A DNA stretch of 41,363 bases. Origin: Anaerolineae bacterium. Its GTDB lineage: Bacteria > Chloroflexota > Anaerolineae > B4-G1 > DUEL01. A program made the translations under genes and the position numbers. The stretch covers positions 1-41,363 of the forward strand of contig JANXAH010000035.1 of NCBI GenBank assembly GCA_025062415.1, read 5' to 3'. Of this stretch, positions 33,123 through 41,363 are shown one piece after another (position 1 is the first letter of the stretch; the number at the start of each line of letters is the position of its first letter). A model generated the notes under the pieces. That model was not told where the DNA came from, searched no databases, and was given only the letters and a program-made list of their open reading frames with translations.

Positions 33123-34316
33123 ATGGCGAGGAAAAAGAAAAAGGGCACCCATCCTCTGCTTCGTGTCGGGGTTTTCCTGATCGCCCTCGTCTCCGCGGGC
33201 GCGATGGTGGGTGTAGTCCTGCGGGCAGGAGGAGGCGCGGGAGGGATCGGCCTCTGTAGCCTCAGCGCTCCCCCGGCCCCAAAGGACGTCGCGCTGGAGA
33301 CCTATATCCAGTTGCACGCAGACGAACTGCGGCAGCCTGCCGGGACCGACGACACTCCCGTGACCTTCGTCGTCCAGCCGGGGGAAACGGCGGCTCAGGT
33401 CGCCCAGCGGCTACAGGCGATGGGCCTCATCCGGGACGCGGAACTTTTCCGCCGCTATCTCCAGTACAAGGGGATGGACGCCGGAATTGAGGCTGGAACC
33501 TACACCCTGCGCCGGACGATGACGATCCCCGAGATCGCCGAAGCCCTCCAGACGGGACACCGGCCGGAGCGGGTCCTCACCGTCCGGGAAGGGCTGCGGC
33601 TGGAGGAGGTCGCGGCCGTTGTCGCTGCACAGACGGGAATCCCAGAGGAAGAATTCCGAGACTTTGCGACGACGGGCTGGCGGGCTTCCGACCTTCCGGT
33701 CAAATACGGCTTCCTGAATACCCTGCCGCCCAAAGCGACGCTGGAGGGCTTCCTTTTCCCGGAAACCTACCGATTGCCGGAGAAAGTCACCCCTTACGAC
33801 GTGGTGGCTCGGATGCTGGCGACTTTTGACGCGCGGGTGACGGAGGAGATGCGCCTGGCGGGGGCCAACCAGGGGCTGACCCTCTATCAGATGGTCACCC
33901 TGGCCTCTATTGTGGAGCGAGAGGCAGTGATTCCAGAGGAGCGCCCCATTATCGCCAGTGTCTTCCTGAACCGCCTGCGGGAGGGCTGGCTTCTGGGCGC
34001 CGATCCCACTGTCCAGTATGCGCTGGGATACGACGAAAAGACGGGGAGTTGGTGGCGGCGGCTCTATTTTGACGAACTGGGCATCACTTCCCTGGCCGAT
34101 ATAGATCACCCGTACAATACCTACCGTTATCCGGGCCTTCCGCCAGGGCCTATCTGCAGTCCGGGGCTGGCCTCTATTCAGGCTGTCGCCTTCCCCGCCC
34201 AGACTGAATATTTCTACTTTATCGCCGACTGCCACAAGAGGGATGGCAGCCACCTCTTCGCCCGTACTGAGGCGGAACACAACGCTAACTACGCATCCTG
34301 CGGTGGCGCGCCGTAA
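33123..34316 (+). CDS. mltG: Endolytic transglycosylase MltG
   Basis: Start placed at ATG 33123. N-terminal TM; EGFLFPETY, LASIVERE, ADPTVQY, YNTYRYPGLPPGPICSPG, YFYF. Confidence 0.93.
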   Translation: MARKKKKGTHPLLRVGVFLIALVSAGAMVGVVLRAGGGAGGIGLCSLSAPPAPKDVALETYIQLHADELRQPAGTDDTPVTFVVQPGETAAQVAQRLQAMGLIRDAELFRRYLQYKGMDAGIEAGTYTLRRTMTIPEIAEALQTGHRPERVLTVREGLRLEEVAAVVAAQTGIPEEEFRDFATTGWRASDLPVKYGFLNTLPPKATLEGFLFPETYRLPEKVTPYDVVARMLATFDARVTEEMRLAGANQGLTLYQMVTLASIVEREAVIPEERPIIASVFLNRLREGWLLGADPTVQYALGYDEKTGSWWRRLYFDELGITSLADIDHPYNTYRYPGLPPGPICSPGLASIQAVAFPAQTEYFYFIADCHKRDGSHLFARTEAEHNANYASCGGAP

Positions 34317-34339
34317 CCTGAAAGGGCAAGGCGGTGAGA

Positions 34340-34440
34340 GGTATGGAGTAGGGAGTATGGAGTATGGTGTAGGGCGTAGGGAGACGGGAGTCGGGAGGGC
34401 GGCGGGCGGCGGGAGTCGGGCGGGAGGAGGGGGTGGAGGG
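34340..34440 (+). repeat. G-rich 7-bp tandem repeats upstream of truD
   Basis: About 10 heptamers (GGTATGG AGTAGGG AGTATGG AGTATGG TGTAGGG CGTAGGG AGACGGG AGTCGGG ...) with many GGG tracts. Confidence 0.8.
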
Positions 34441-34443
34441 CGT

Positions 34444-35628
34444 TTGCGTCTGAAGGTTGGTCCCGAAGATTTTATTGTGGAGGAGGTCCTTCGGCCTCTG
34501 GAAGGCAAAGGGGAGGGGAAATCCGGTGGGCCCTGCGTCCTTTACCGGGTCCAGAAGCGGGCCACCACGACGCTGGAGGTGCAGGCCCGGATGGCTCGCG
34601 CCCTCCGTCTTCCCCGGTCTGCTGTCTCCTTTCCAGCGCTGAAGGACCGGGATGCGGTCGCGGTCCAGTACGCGACGGTGCGGGCCGGGGCGCTGCGCGC
34701 CCCGGCCCGCATAGAGGGCCCCGGCTTCGTTGCGGAACGGATAGGCTCCCTACCCCACCCCCTCTCCCCCGCCGACCTGGCCGGAAACCGCTTCGCCATC
34801 ACTGTTCGGGACCTGAGCCGCGAGGAGGCGGAGGCCCTGGGCCAACGGCTGGAGAGAGCCGCCGCAGAGGGGATTCCAAATTATTTTGACGAACAGCGTT
34901 TTGGCTCCCGGACCGCAGCGGGGGATTTCCCCGGCCGCCGGATTCTCCTCCGGGATGCGGAAGGTGCCCTGCGGGCTCACTTGGCCGAACCCCAGGCCGG
35001 AGATCCGCCCCAGGTCCGAGTTTTCAAACAGGAAGTAGCACAGCACTGGGGGGACTGGCACTATCTCCTGAATATTGCACCCCGGCCCTCCAATTTCCGC
35101 TCCGTCCTCACCTTTCTCTGCGACCACCCCACCGACTTCCGCCGGGCGCTGAACCTGGTCACCCCGCGGCTTTTGAGCCTGTATCTGGCCGCGTATCAAT
35201 CGCGGCTCTGGAACCGCATCGCAGCCCGATACCTGACGGTTCTTCTGGGAAACCCTGAGGAGTTTCTGGAAATTGCGGGAGAGCCTCTGCCCCTGTTCTC
35301 CGGGATGGCCAGCCGGCTCCCTGCGGGCCTGGCGGTGTTGCTCCCCCACCACCAGGCCCGCTACGAGGAGCCCCTACTGGCGAAAATCGTCGCCGACGTC
35401 CTGGCGGCGGAGGGGCTGACGGTCTCCGACCTGAAGCCCCGGCTGCTGGAGCGGGCCTATCTCTCCCGCGGGGAACGCGCCCTGGGTCTTTTTCCGAAAG
35501 ACTCGGAAGCCTCGGAGCCCCTTCCCGATGAACGATTTCCGGGGCGATGGAGCGTGAGGCTGCGATTTACCCTGCCGCCCGGTTCCTACGGAACTCTGGT
35601 GATAAAGGCGCTGAAACGTATCGCCTGA
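34444..35628 (+). CDS. truD: tRNA pseudouridine(13) synthase TruD
   Basis: Start placed at TTG 34444 (MRLKVGPEDFIVEE). LKDRDAVAVQ, GNRFAITVR, PNYFDEQRFG, AYQSRLWN, FTLPPGSYGT. Confidence 0.9.
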   Translation: MRLKVGPEDFIVEEVLRPLEGKGEGKSGGPCVLYRVQKRATTTLEVQARMARALRLPRSAVSFPALKDRDAVAVQYATVRAGALRAPARIEGPGFVAERIGSLPHPLSPADLAGNRFAITVRDLSREEAEALGQRLERAAAEGIPNYFDEQRFGSRTAAGDFPGRRILLRDAEGALRAHLAEPQAGDPPQVRVFKQEVAQHWGDWHYLLNIAPRPSNFRSVLTFLCDHPTDFRRALNLVTPRLLSLYLAAYQSRLWNRIAARYLTVLLGNPEEFLEIAGEPLPLFSGMASRLPAGLAVLLPHHQARYEEPLLAKIVADVLAAEGLTVSDLKPRLLERAYLSRGERALGLFPKDSEASEPLPDERFPGRWSVRLRFTLPPGSYGTLVIKALKRIA

Positions 35629-35764
35629 GGCCGGATGGAATGCCCCGCGATAGATCTGCTCATCTGGCCGCGGGAGCGACCAAGGGCTATGCAGAAATGC
35701 TGCGGCAAAAGGGCCAAAGTTGGGGGGAAGGCCAGGGAGAAAATGAGGGGACACAGGTGGAACG

Positions 35765-36874
35765 ATGGGTGAAGACAAATGCTCCGACCGCATTGCTCGC
35801 CTTCAGCAGGAGATGGAACGCCGAGGGCTGGACTGTCTGGCGCTGGTGCCCGGAGCCAACCTGCTCTACCTGAGCGGCCTCTCCTTTCACCTGAGCGAAC
35901 GGCCCATTGTCGCGCTCTTCCCGGTGGATGCGCCCCCGGCCATCGTGCTTCCCGCGCTGGAGGAGCCGAAACTCCAGTATGCGACATGCCGTTTTCAGGT
36001 CTACCCGTATACGGATGAGGAGGGACCGACGCAGGCCTTCCAGCAGGCCTGCGCGGCGCTGGAATTGGCCGATGCGCGCATCGGGGTGGAGGAACTCCGA
36101 ATGCGAGTTATGGAGGCCCGGCTTCTGGAGCGCTACGCTCCTGGCTGCTCCCTGGTTCCAGCGGATGCGGTGATGGCCGCTCTGCGCATTTGTAAAGACG
36201 CCGACGAAGTCGGGCGTATCCGGCGGGCCGTCGCAGTGGTGGAGGGAGCCCTGCGCGCCGTCCTCTCCCAGATTCGCATCGGGATGACGGAGCGGGAGGT
36301 CGCCGGGCTCCTGATGGTGGAAATCCTCCGCGGCGGCGGGGAGGGTGTACCCTTTGAACCCATCGTCGTCTCCGGGCCCAACGCCGCCTCTCCCCACGCC
36401 GTTCCCACCGATCGCCCTCTCCGTCCCGGCGAGACCATCATCATAGACTGTGGAGCGGTTGTCGGGGGCTACATCTCCGACATCACCCGTACCATCGCGT
36501 TGGGCGGACTTCCGGAGGAGATGGTTCGGGTCTACGAGGTGGTGCGCCAGGCCAACGAAGCGGGGCGCGCCGCCGTCCGGCCCGGCCGCCCGGCTCAGGA
36601 AGTAGACCGGGCGGCCCGCGCCGTCATCGTCCGCGCTGGCTATGGCGACCGTTTTCTTCACCGAACCGGCCACGGCCTGGGGCTGGAGGTTCACGAGCCC
36701 CCCTACATTGTGGAGGGGAACCGAGAGCCCCTGCGGACGGGGATGGTCTTCACCGTAGAGCCGGGGGTCTATCTGCCTGGCCGGGGCGGTGTCCGGATTG
36801 AAGACGATGTCCTGGTCCTCCCGGACGGCGCGGAGACGCTGACGACGTTTCCCCGGGAACTGCTGGTGCTGTAA
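35765..36874 (+). CDS. M24 family Xaa-Pro aminopeptidase/dipeptidase
   Basis: Creatinase-N region (NLLYLSG); DCGA, SDITRT, HRTGHGLGLEVHE, EPGVY, RIEDD. Confidence 0.92.
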   Translation: MGEDKCSDRIARLQQEMERRGLDCLALVPGANLLYLSGLSFHLSERPIVALFPVDAPPAIVLPALEEPKLQYATCRFQVYPYTDEEGPTQAFQQACAALELADARIGVEELRMRVMEARLLERYAPGCSLVPADAVMAALRICKDADEVGRIRRAVAVVEGALRAVLSQIRIGMTEREVAGLLMVEILRGGGEGVPFEPIVVSGPNAASPHAVPTDRPLRPGETIIIDCGAVVGGYISDITRTIALGGLPEEMVRVYEVVRQANEAGRAAVRPGRPAQEVDRAARAVIVRAGYGDRFLHRTGHGLGLEVHEPPYIVEGNREPLRTGMVFTVEPGVYLPGRGGVRIEDDVLVLPDGAETLTTFPRELLVL

Positions 36875-36877
36875 CGC

Positions 36878-36906
36878 TTGCCCTATCTTCCAAATTGTGG
36901 TACACT
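36878..36906 (+). promoter_or_regulatory. Sigma70-type promoter for trpS-dtd-minCDE-rodA
   Basis: TTGCCC-N17-TACACT with TGTGG extension. Confidence 0.55.
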
Positions 36907-36939
36907 TTTTTGCGATAACCCGGTTCGGAGGACATGGGA

Positions 36940-37926
36940 ATGAGCGAAAAGAAAGGCCGCGTTTTTTCCGGCGCCCGGCCAACGGGCCGCCAGCACTTGG
37001 GCAACTACCTGGGCGCGATCCGGAACTATGTCGCCCTGCAGGACGACTACGATTGTATCTACTGCGTCGTGGACCTCCACGCCCTGACCACCCTGCGGGA
37101 TACGGAGTACCTGCGGGAGTGGACCTACGAGATGGTCCTGGACTGGCTTGCCGCGGGCGTAGATCCCAACCGGGGGACCATCCTCTTTGTCCAGTCCCAC
37201 GTCCCTCAGGTGACCGAACTGCATACCCTGCTTTCTATGGTCACCCCGCTGGGGTGGCTCCTCCGTCTTCCTACTTTTAAAGAAAAAGTCCGGCAGCAGC
37301 CGGATAACGTTAACTACGGCCTGGTGGGCTACCCCGTCCTGATGGCGGCGGACATTTTGCTGTATAAGGCCGACACGGTTCCTGTCGGAGTGGACCAGGC
37401 CCCCCATCTGGAGTTCACCCGCGAGATTGTCCGGCGGTTCAACGCCCATTTTGGCCCCGTCCTGGTGGAGCCCCAGGCGAAATACACGGACTTTCCGAAG
37501 GTGCTGGGGATTGACGGCCAGCAGAAGATGAGCAAGTCGCTGAACAACCACATTGAAATCGCTGCATCGCCGGAAGAGATTCGCCAGCGGGTTATGCAGA
37601 TGGTCACGGATCCCCAGCGGACCCACCGACACATCCCTGGCCGTCCGGAGGTCTGCAACGTTTTCTCCCTGCATCGCTTCTTCTCGCCGAACGAGGTGGC
37701 CCAGATAGACGTGGACTGTCGGACGGCGGCGATCGGGTGTGTGGATTGCAAGAAGATTCTGGCCCGGAACCTGGCCGACTACTTTGCCCCGTTCCGGGAG
37801 CGGAGGGCTGCACTGGCGGCGGACCCCAACCTGGTCTGGGACATCCTGGCCGAAGGGGCTCGCCGCGCGTCGGTCATTGCGCGGCAGACCATCGCCGAGG
37901 TACGCGCGGCGATGGGACTTCCGTAG
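36940..37926 (+). CDS. trpS: Tryptophan--tRNA ligase
   Basis: SGARPTG, HLGN (HIGH-type), YPVLMAADIL, VPVGVDQ, KMSKS; ATG 36940 is better spaced from GGAGG than 36934. Confidence 0.95.
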   Translation: MSEKKGRVFSGARPTGRQHLGNYLGAIRNYVALQDDYDCIYCVVDLHALTTLRDTEYLREWTYEMVLDWLAAGVDPNRGTILFVQSHVPQVTELHTLLSMVTPLGWLLRLPTFKEKVRQQPDNVNYGLVGYPVLMAADILLYKADTVPVGVDQAPHLEFTREIVRRFNAHFGPVLVEPQAKYTDFPKVLGIDGQQKMSKSLNNHIEIAASPEEIRQRVMQMVTDPQRTHRHIPGRPEVCNVFSLHRFFSPNEVAQIDVDCRTAAIGCVDCKKILARNLADYFAPFRERRAALAADPNLVWDILAEGARRASVIARQTIAEVRAAMGLP

Positions 37927-37962
37927 AGGAGTATTGCGGCCCTTCTTAATAACGGAGGGGGA

Positions 37963-38400
37963 ATGCGCATCGTCGTTCAGCGAGTTCGGCAGGCCAGGGT
38001 ATCGGTCAACGGCGAGACCGTCGCGGCCATCGGGCCAGGCGTCGTTGTACTGGTGGGCGTGACCCACAGCGATACACCGGAGGAGGCCCGCTGGCTGGCC
38101 CAGAAGGTCGCCGGCCTGCGGATTTTTGAGGACGCCGAGGGAAAAATGAATCTGGGCCTGCTGGACGTGGGAGGTGAAGCGCTGGTGGTCTCCCAGTTCA
38201 CCCTCTACGGCGACGCCCGCAAGGGCCGACGGCCATCTTTTACAGAGGCCGCCCCCCCCGAAATTGCCGAACCCCTGGTCCAGCGCTTCGCTGAGGAACT
38301 GGCCGCCGCAGGCGTCCCCGTCCAGACGGGCATTTTCGGGGCCCATATGCTGGTGGAAATTCACAACGACGGTCCGGTCACTATTCTCCTGGAGCGGTAG
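37963..38400 (+). CDS. dtd: D-aminoacyl-tRNA deacylase
   Basis: [25 protein letters not shown]. Confidence 0.96.
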   Translation: MRIVVQRVRQARVSVNGETVAAIGPGVVVLVGVTHSDTPEEARWLAQKVAGLRIFEDAEGKMNLGLLDVGGEALVVSQFTLYGDARKGRRPSFTEAAPPEIAEPLVQRFAEELAAAGVPVQTGIFGAHMLVEIHNDGPVTILLER

Positions 38401-38416
38401 CCGCGGTCTGAGTCCG

Positions 38417-39085
38417 ATGGAGCAGGACGTTCTCATCAAGGGAACGCGCGAGGGGCTGCTGATAGAACTGGGGGAAGGGCCCTGGGAGAGACGGCTGGAG
38501 GCACTGGACCAGCGGTTGCAGAAAGGGGCCACTTTCTTTCGGGGCGGCCGCGCAGCGCTGATCGTGGGAGACCGCCCCTTAGGCCTGGACCAAATTCAGC
38601 AGGTCCGGGACCTGCTGGCCCGCTACGAGGTGGACCTCTGGGCCGTGGTGGGGACCGCCGACGCAACGATTCTGGCCACGGTCCGTGCGGGGCTCTCCCC
38701 TCACCTGACCTCCAGGCCTGCTCCAGCGCCCGCAAACGTCCCTCCATCAGAAACGGTCGGGGGCCTCGTCCTTATGCGGACCCTTCGCTCCGGGCAGCGG
38801 GTAGAGCATCCGGGGGATGTTGTCGTTATCGGAGATGTCCACGCCGGAGCGGAGATCATTGCAGGCCGCCACGTCGTTGTCTGGGGAAGGCTCCACGGGG
38901 TTGTCCATGCCGGTGCGGCGGGAGATGAGAACGCCGTCGTCTGCGCGCTGGACCTCTCCCCGACGCAACTCCGCATTGCGGACCGCATCGCTCGCTCTCC
39001 GGAGGAGCGTCGCCGCCGGCCCGTGCCGGAGATGGCCCGGATCCGCGAGGGGCAAATAGAGGCCATCCCCTGGCACAAACAGTAG
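38417..39085 (+). CDS. minC: Septum site-determining protein MinC
   Basis: Start placed at ATG 38417. IKGTREGL, TLRSGQRV, GDVHAGAEIIA, HAGAAGD, PTQLRIA. Confidence 0.93.
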   Translation: MEQDVLIKGTREGLLIELGEGPWERRLEALDQRLQKGATFFRGGRAALIVGDRPLGLDQIQQVRDLLARYEVDLWAVVGTADATILATVRAGLSPHLTSRPAPAPANVPPSETVGGLVLMRTLRSGQRVEHPGDVVVIGDVHAGAEIIAGRHVVVWGRLHGVVHAGAAGDENAVVCALDLSPTQLRIADRIARSPEERRRRPVPEMARIREGQIEAIPWHKQ

Positions 39086-39111
39086 TTCAGATTCCGGTCC
39101 GAAAGGGGCAA

Positions 39112-39906
39112 ATGATGGGCGCACGAGTGGTGACGATTACCTCTGGCAAAGGAGGGGTGGGAAAGACCACCGTCACGGCAAACCTGAGCGTGGCGCTGGC
39201 GATGCGTGGTCAACGGGTCGTGGCGATAGACGCGGACATCGGCCTGCGCAACCTGGACGTGATGCTGGGGCTGGAGAACCGTATTGTCTACGACCTGGTA
39301 GATGTGGTGGAGGGGCGATGCAGGCTCCGGCAGGCCCTGGTACGGGATAAGCGGCTGGAGAACCTTTTCCTGCTCCCCGCCGCTCAGACACGGGATAAGA
39401 GCGCTGTCCGCATTGAAGATATGGTGCGCGTCTGCGAGGAATTGCGGGAGTCTTTTGACTTTCTGCTGATAGACTCCCCTGCGGGGATAGAGCATGGCTT
39501 CCGGACTGCTCTCGCTCCCGCCGATGAGGTTCTGATTGTGACCAACCCAGAGGTTGCAGCGGTGCGGGATGCAGATCGGGTCATCGGCCTTCTGGAGGCG
39601 GAGGGGAAAGGACCCGCCCGGCTCATCATCAATCGGTTGAAGCCCGATCTGGTCCGGCGGGGGGATATGCTGGACACGGCAGCGGTCATAGAACTGCTGG
39701 CCATAGACCTGATCGGGATCATCCCGGAAGACGAGGCGGTCATCACAGCGGCCAACACGGGCCGACCCGTTGCGTTCAGCGACAACAGTCTGGCGGGCCG
39801 GGAGTTTCACAATATCGCCCGTCGGCTGCTGGGAGAGGAAGTCCCGTTCGCTCCCCTGAAGGAGCCCGGTTTCCTGGAACGTCTCTTTCGCCGCATCCTG
39901 GAGTGA
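39112..39906 (+). CDS. minD: Septum site-determining ATPase MinD
   Basis: SGKGGVGKTT, DADIGLRNLD, DSPAGIE, C-terminal amphipathic GFLERLFRR. Confidence 0.96.
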   Translation: MMGARVVTITSGKGGVGKTTVTANLSVALAMRGQRVVAIDADIGLRNLDVMLGLENRIVYDLVDVVEGRCRLRQALVRDKRLENLFLLPAAQTRDKSAVRIEDMVRVCEELRESFDFLLIDSPAGIEHGFRTALAPADEVLIVTNPEVAAVRDADRVIGLLEAEGKGPARLIINRLKPDLVRRGDMLDTAAVIELLAIDLIGIIPEDEAVITAANTGRPVAFSDNSLAGREFHNIARRLLGEEVPFAPLKEPGFLERLFRRILE

Positions 39907-39916
39907 GGGAGAAACG

Positions 39917-40183
39917 ATGAAACTTCTGGAGAAGTTGCGCCATCGGGAGCCGCCCAGCGGAGAGGTCGCCCAGGAGCGACTGCGCCTCATTCTGGCCCAC
40001 GACCGGGCCAGCATCTCCCCCGGCCTGCTGGAGGTCCTGAAGGACGAAATCATCGCCGTTATTTCCCGCCACATTCCGATAGACCCGGAGGGAGTCCAGG
40101 TCACGTTCACCGAGGGCCCGCGCGTTCACCGCCTGGTGGCCGACATCCCGCTGCGCTCTCGCCCCAGAGGGTGGCGGGAATAA
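39917..40183 (+). CDS. minE: Cell division topological specificity factor MinE
   Basis: AQERLRLILAHDR, LKDEIIAVISRH, LVADIP. Confidence 0.95.
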   Translation: MKLLEKLRHREPPSGEVAQERLRLILAHDRASISPGLLEVLKDEIIAVISRHIPIDPEGVQVTFTEGPRVHRLVADIPLRSRPRGWRE

Positions 40184-40219
40184 GCGTTGGCCCCTGTACG
40201 CGTGCAGTTGACCATTGCT

Positions 40220-41350
40220 ATGGAGGCGATTCAGCCCTGGCGGCGGTTTGACTTTGTTCTTCTGGCCTGCGCGCTGCTATTGATCGCTCTGGGAGTGGCG
40301 ATGATCCGGAGCGCCACGATGAATACTCCGGACCTCACCGAACTCTGGCGGCGGCAGGCCACCTATGCAGGCCTGGGCCTGGTCCTGTTCCTGATCCTAT
40401 CGGCAACTCCCTACACCTGGTGGCGTTCCCTCTGGCCTCTGTTGTACCTGCTGGCCGCTGGGCTGCTGGTGCTGGTCCTATTTATCGGCCAGAGCGAGAT
40501 CGGCGACGTCCGGCGCTGGTTCTATATCGGCTCCTTTCGGTTCCAGCCCTCTTTTCCTGGGATGGTTCTCCATGTCCTGACGCTGGCCTCCGTGTTCACC
40601 CTGCGCGTCCGGAAAGAGCGCCGACTCCCCGGCGATGGGAGCGAAGAAGAAAGCCCGCCCGGTCTTCTGCTGTATGGACTTTCGGGCATTCTCACGCTCA
40701 TCCTTGCCGCTCTGGTCTTCCGGGAGCCGGACCTGAGCACGGCGGCCATCTACGGGGTCATCTGGCTGGCGATGGCCTTTGCGGCTGGGGTTCGGCTGAT
40801 CTATCTGGCCGGTACGGGACTTTTGGGGATGGTGGGGGCGATTCCCCTCTGGTATCTGATGGAGGAGTATCAGCGCCAGCGTATCCTGGTCTTCCTGAAT
40901 CCGGAGAAAGACCCCGGTGCGCTCTACAACCTGCGCCAGGCGCTCATCAGTATCGGCTCGGGGGGCTTCTGGGGGCAGGGCTACGGAGGAGGAAGCCAGA
41001 GCCAGTTGCACTTTCTCCGTGTCCGTCATACGGACTTCATCTTCTCGGTCATCGGAGAGGAGTTGGGATTTATCGGGATTATGGTCATGTTTTTCCTGTT
41101 CACCCTCATTGCCTGGCGGCTGCTGCGGGCGGCGGTGCTGGCCCCGGACCGCTTTGGGCGGCTGATTGTGGTCGGCGTGGGCGGAATCCTCTTTATCCCC
41201 CTGGTCATCAACGTGGGAATGAACCTCGGTCTCCTTCCCGTTACAGGTCTTCCTCTCCCCTTCATCAGTTACGGCGGCACTGCCCTGGTCACCAACTTAG
41301 CCGCCCTGGGGCTGGCGGAAAGCGTGGTGATGCGAAACAGGGAGCGGTAG
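40220..41350 (+). CDS. rodA: Rod shape-determining protein RodA (SEDS family)
   Basis: ATG 40220 (or TTG 40187). RRWF..FQPS, EPDLST, IGSGG, HTDFIFSVIGEELG, LPVTGLPLPFISYGG; follows minE. Confidence 0.9.
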   Translation: MEAIQPWRRFDFVLLACALLLIALGVAMIRSATMNTPDLTELWRRQATYAGLGLVLFLILSATPYTWWRSLWPLLYLLAAGLLVLVLFIGQSEIGDVRRWFYIGSFRFQPSFPGMVLHVLTLASVFTLRVRKERRLPGDGSEEESPPGLLLYGLSGILTLILAALVFREPDLSTAAIYGVIWLAMAFAAGVRLIYLAGTGLLGMVGAIPLWYLMEEYQRQRILVFLNPEKDPGALYNLRQALISIGSGGFWGQGYGGGSQSQLHFLRVRHTDFIFSVIGEELGFIGIMVMFFLFTLIAWRLLRAAVLAPDRFGRLIVVGVGGILFIPLVINVGMNLGLLPVTGLPLPFISYGGTALVTNLAALGLAESVVMRNRER

Positions 41351-41363
41351 TCCGGTCACTCCG

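Overview
GC-rich bacterial chromosome segment. Gene content and style (Thr/Pro-rich membrane proteins, three tandem M42 peptidases, REP-like palindromes, WXG100 locus, OFOR, Fe-S-motif TrpRS) suggest an anaerobic Chloroflexota, Anaerolineae-like; this is inference. Bases 1-11.5 kb hold an atypical type VII (WXG100) secretion locus: an EssC/EccC ATPase with an inserted double zinc ribbon and no FHA domains, a WXG100 gene, a YukD/EsaB-FHA fusion, a membrane FHA protein, a zinc-ribbon/pseudokinase/PP2C fusion, a VWA-TM-FHA protein, and a membrane Ser/Thr kinase that runs off the left edge and is missing from the ORF track. Several of these proteins share T-[RK]-x-[LIV] motifs resembling FHA ligands, suggesting a phospho-threonine-controlled T7SS. 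Next to it is a XerC/D-family recombinase gene with a near-symmetric 28-bp dif/lox-like site upstream. The rest is mostly housekeeping: three M42 peptidases, two GT2 glycosyltransferases, a BadF-type sugar kinase, an ECF sigma/anti-sigma envelope operon, amrB-amrA followed by a threonine-synthase-like/receiver fusion and a hybrid histidine kinase, EamA, rplY, korAB, a metallophosphoesterase, mltG, truD, an M24 peptidase, trpS, dtd, minCDE and rodA. No rRNA, tRNA, transposase or true CRISPR array was seen. All calls come from motif recognition by eye; no database searches were run.
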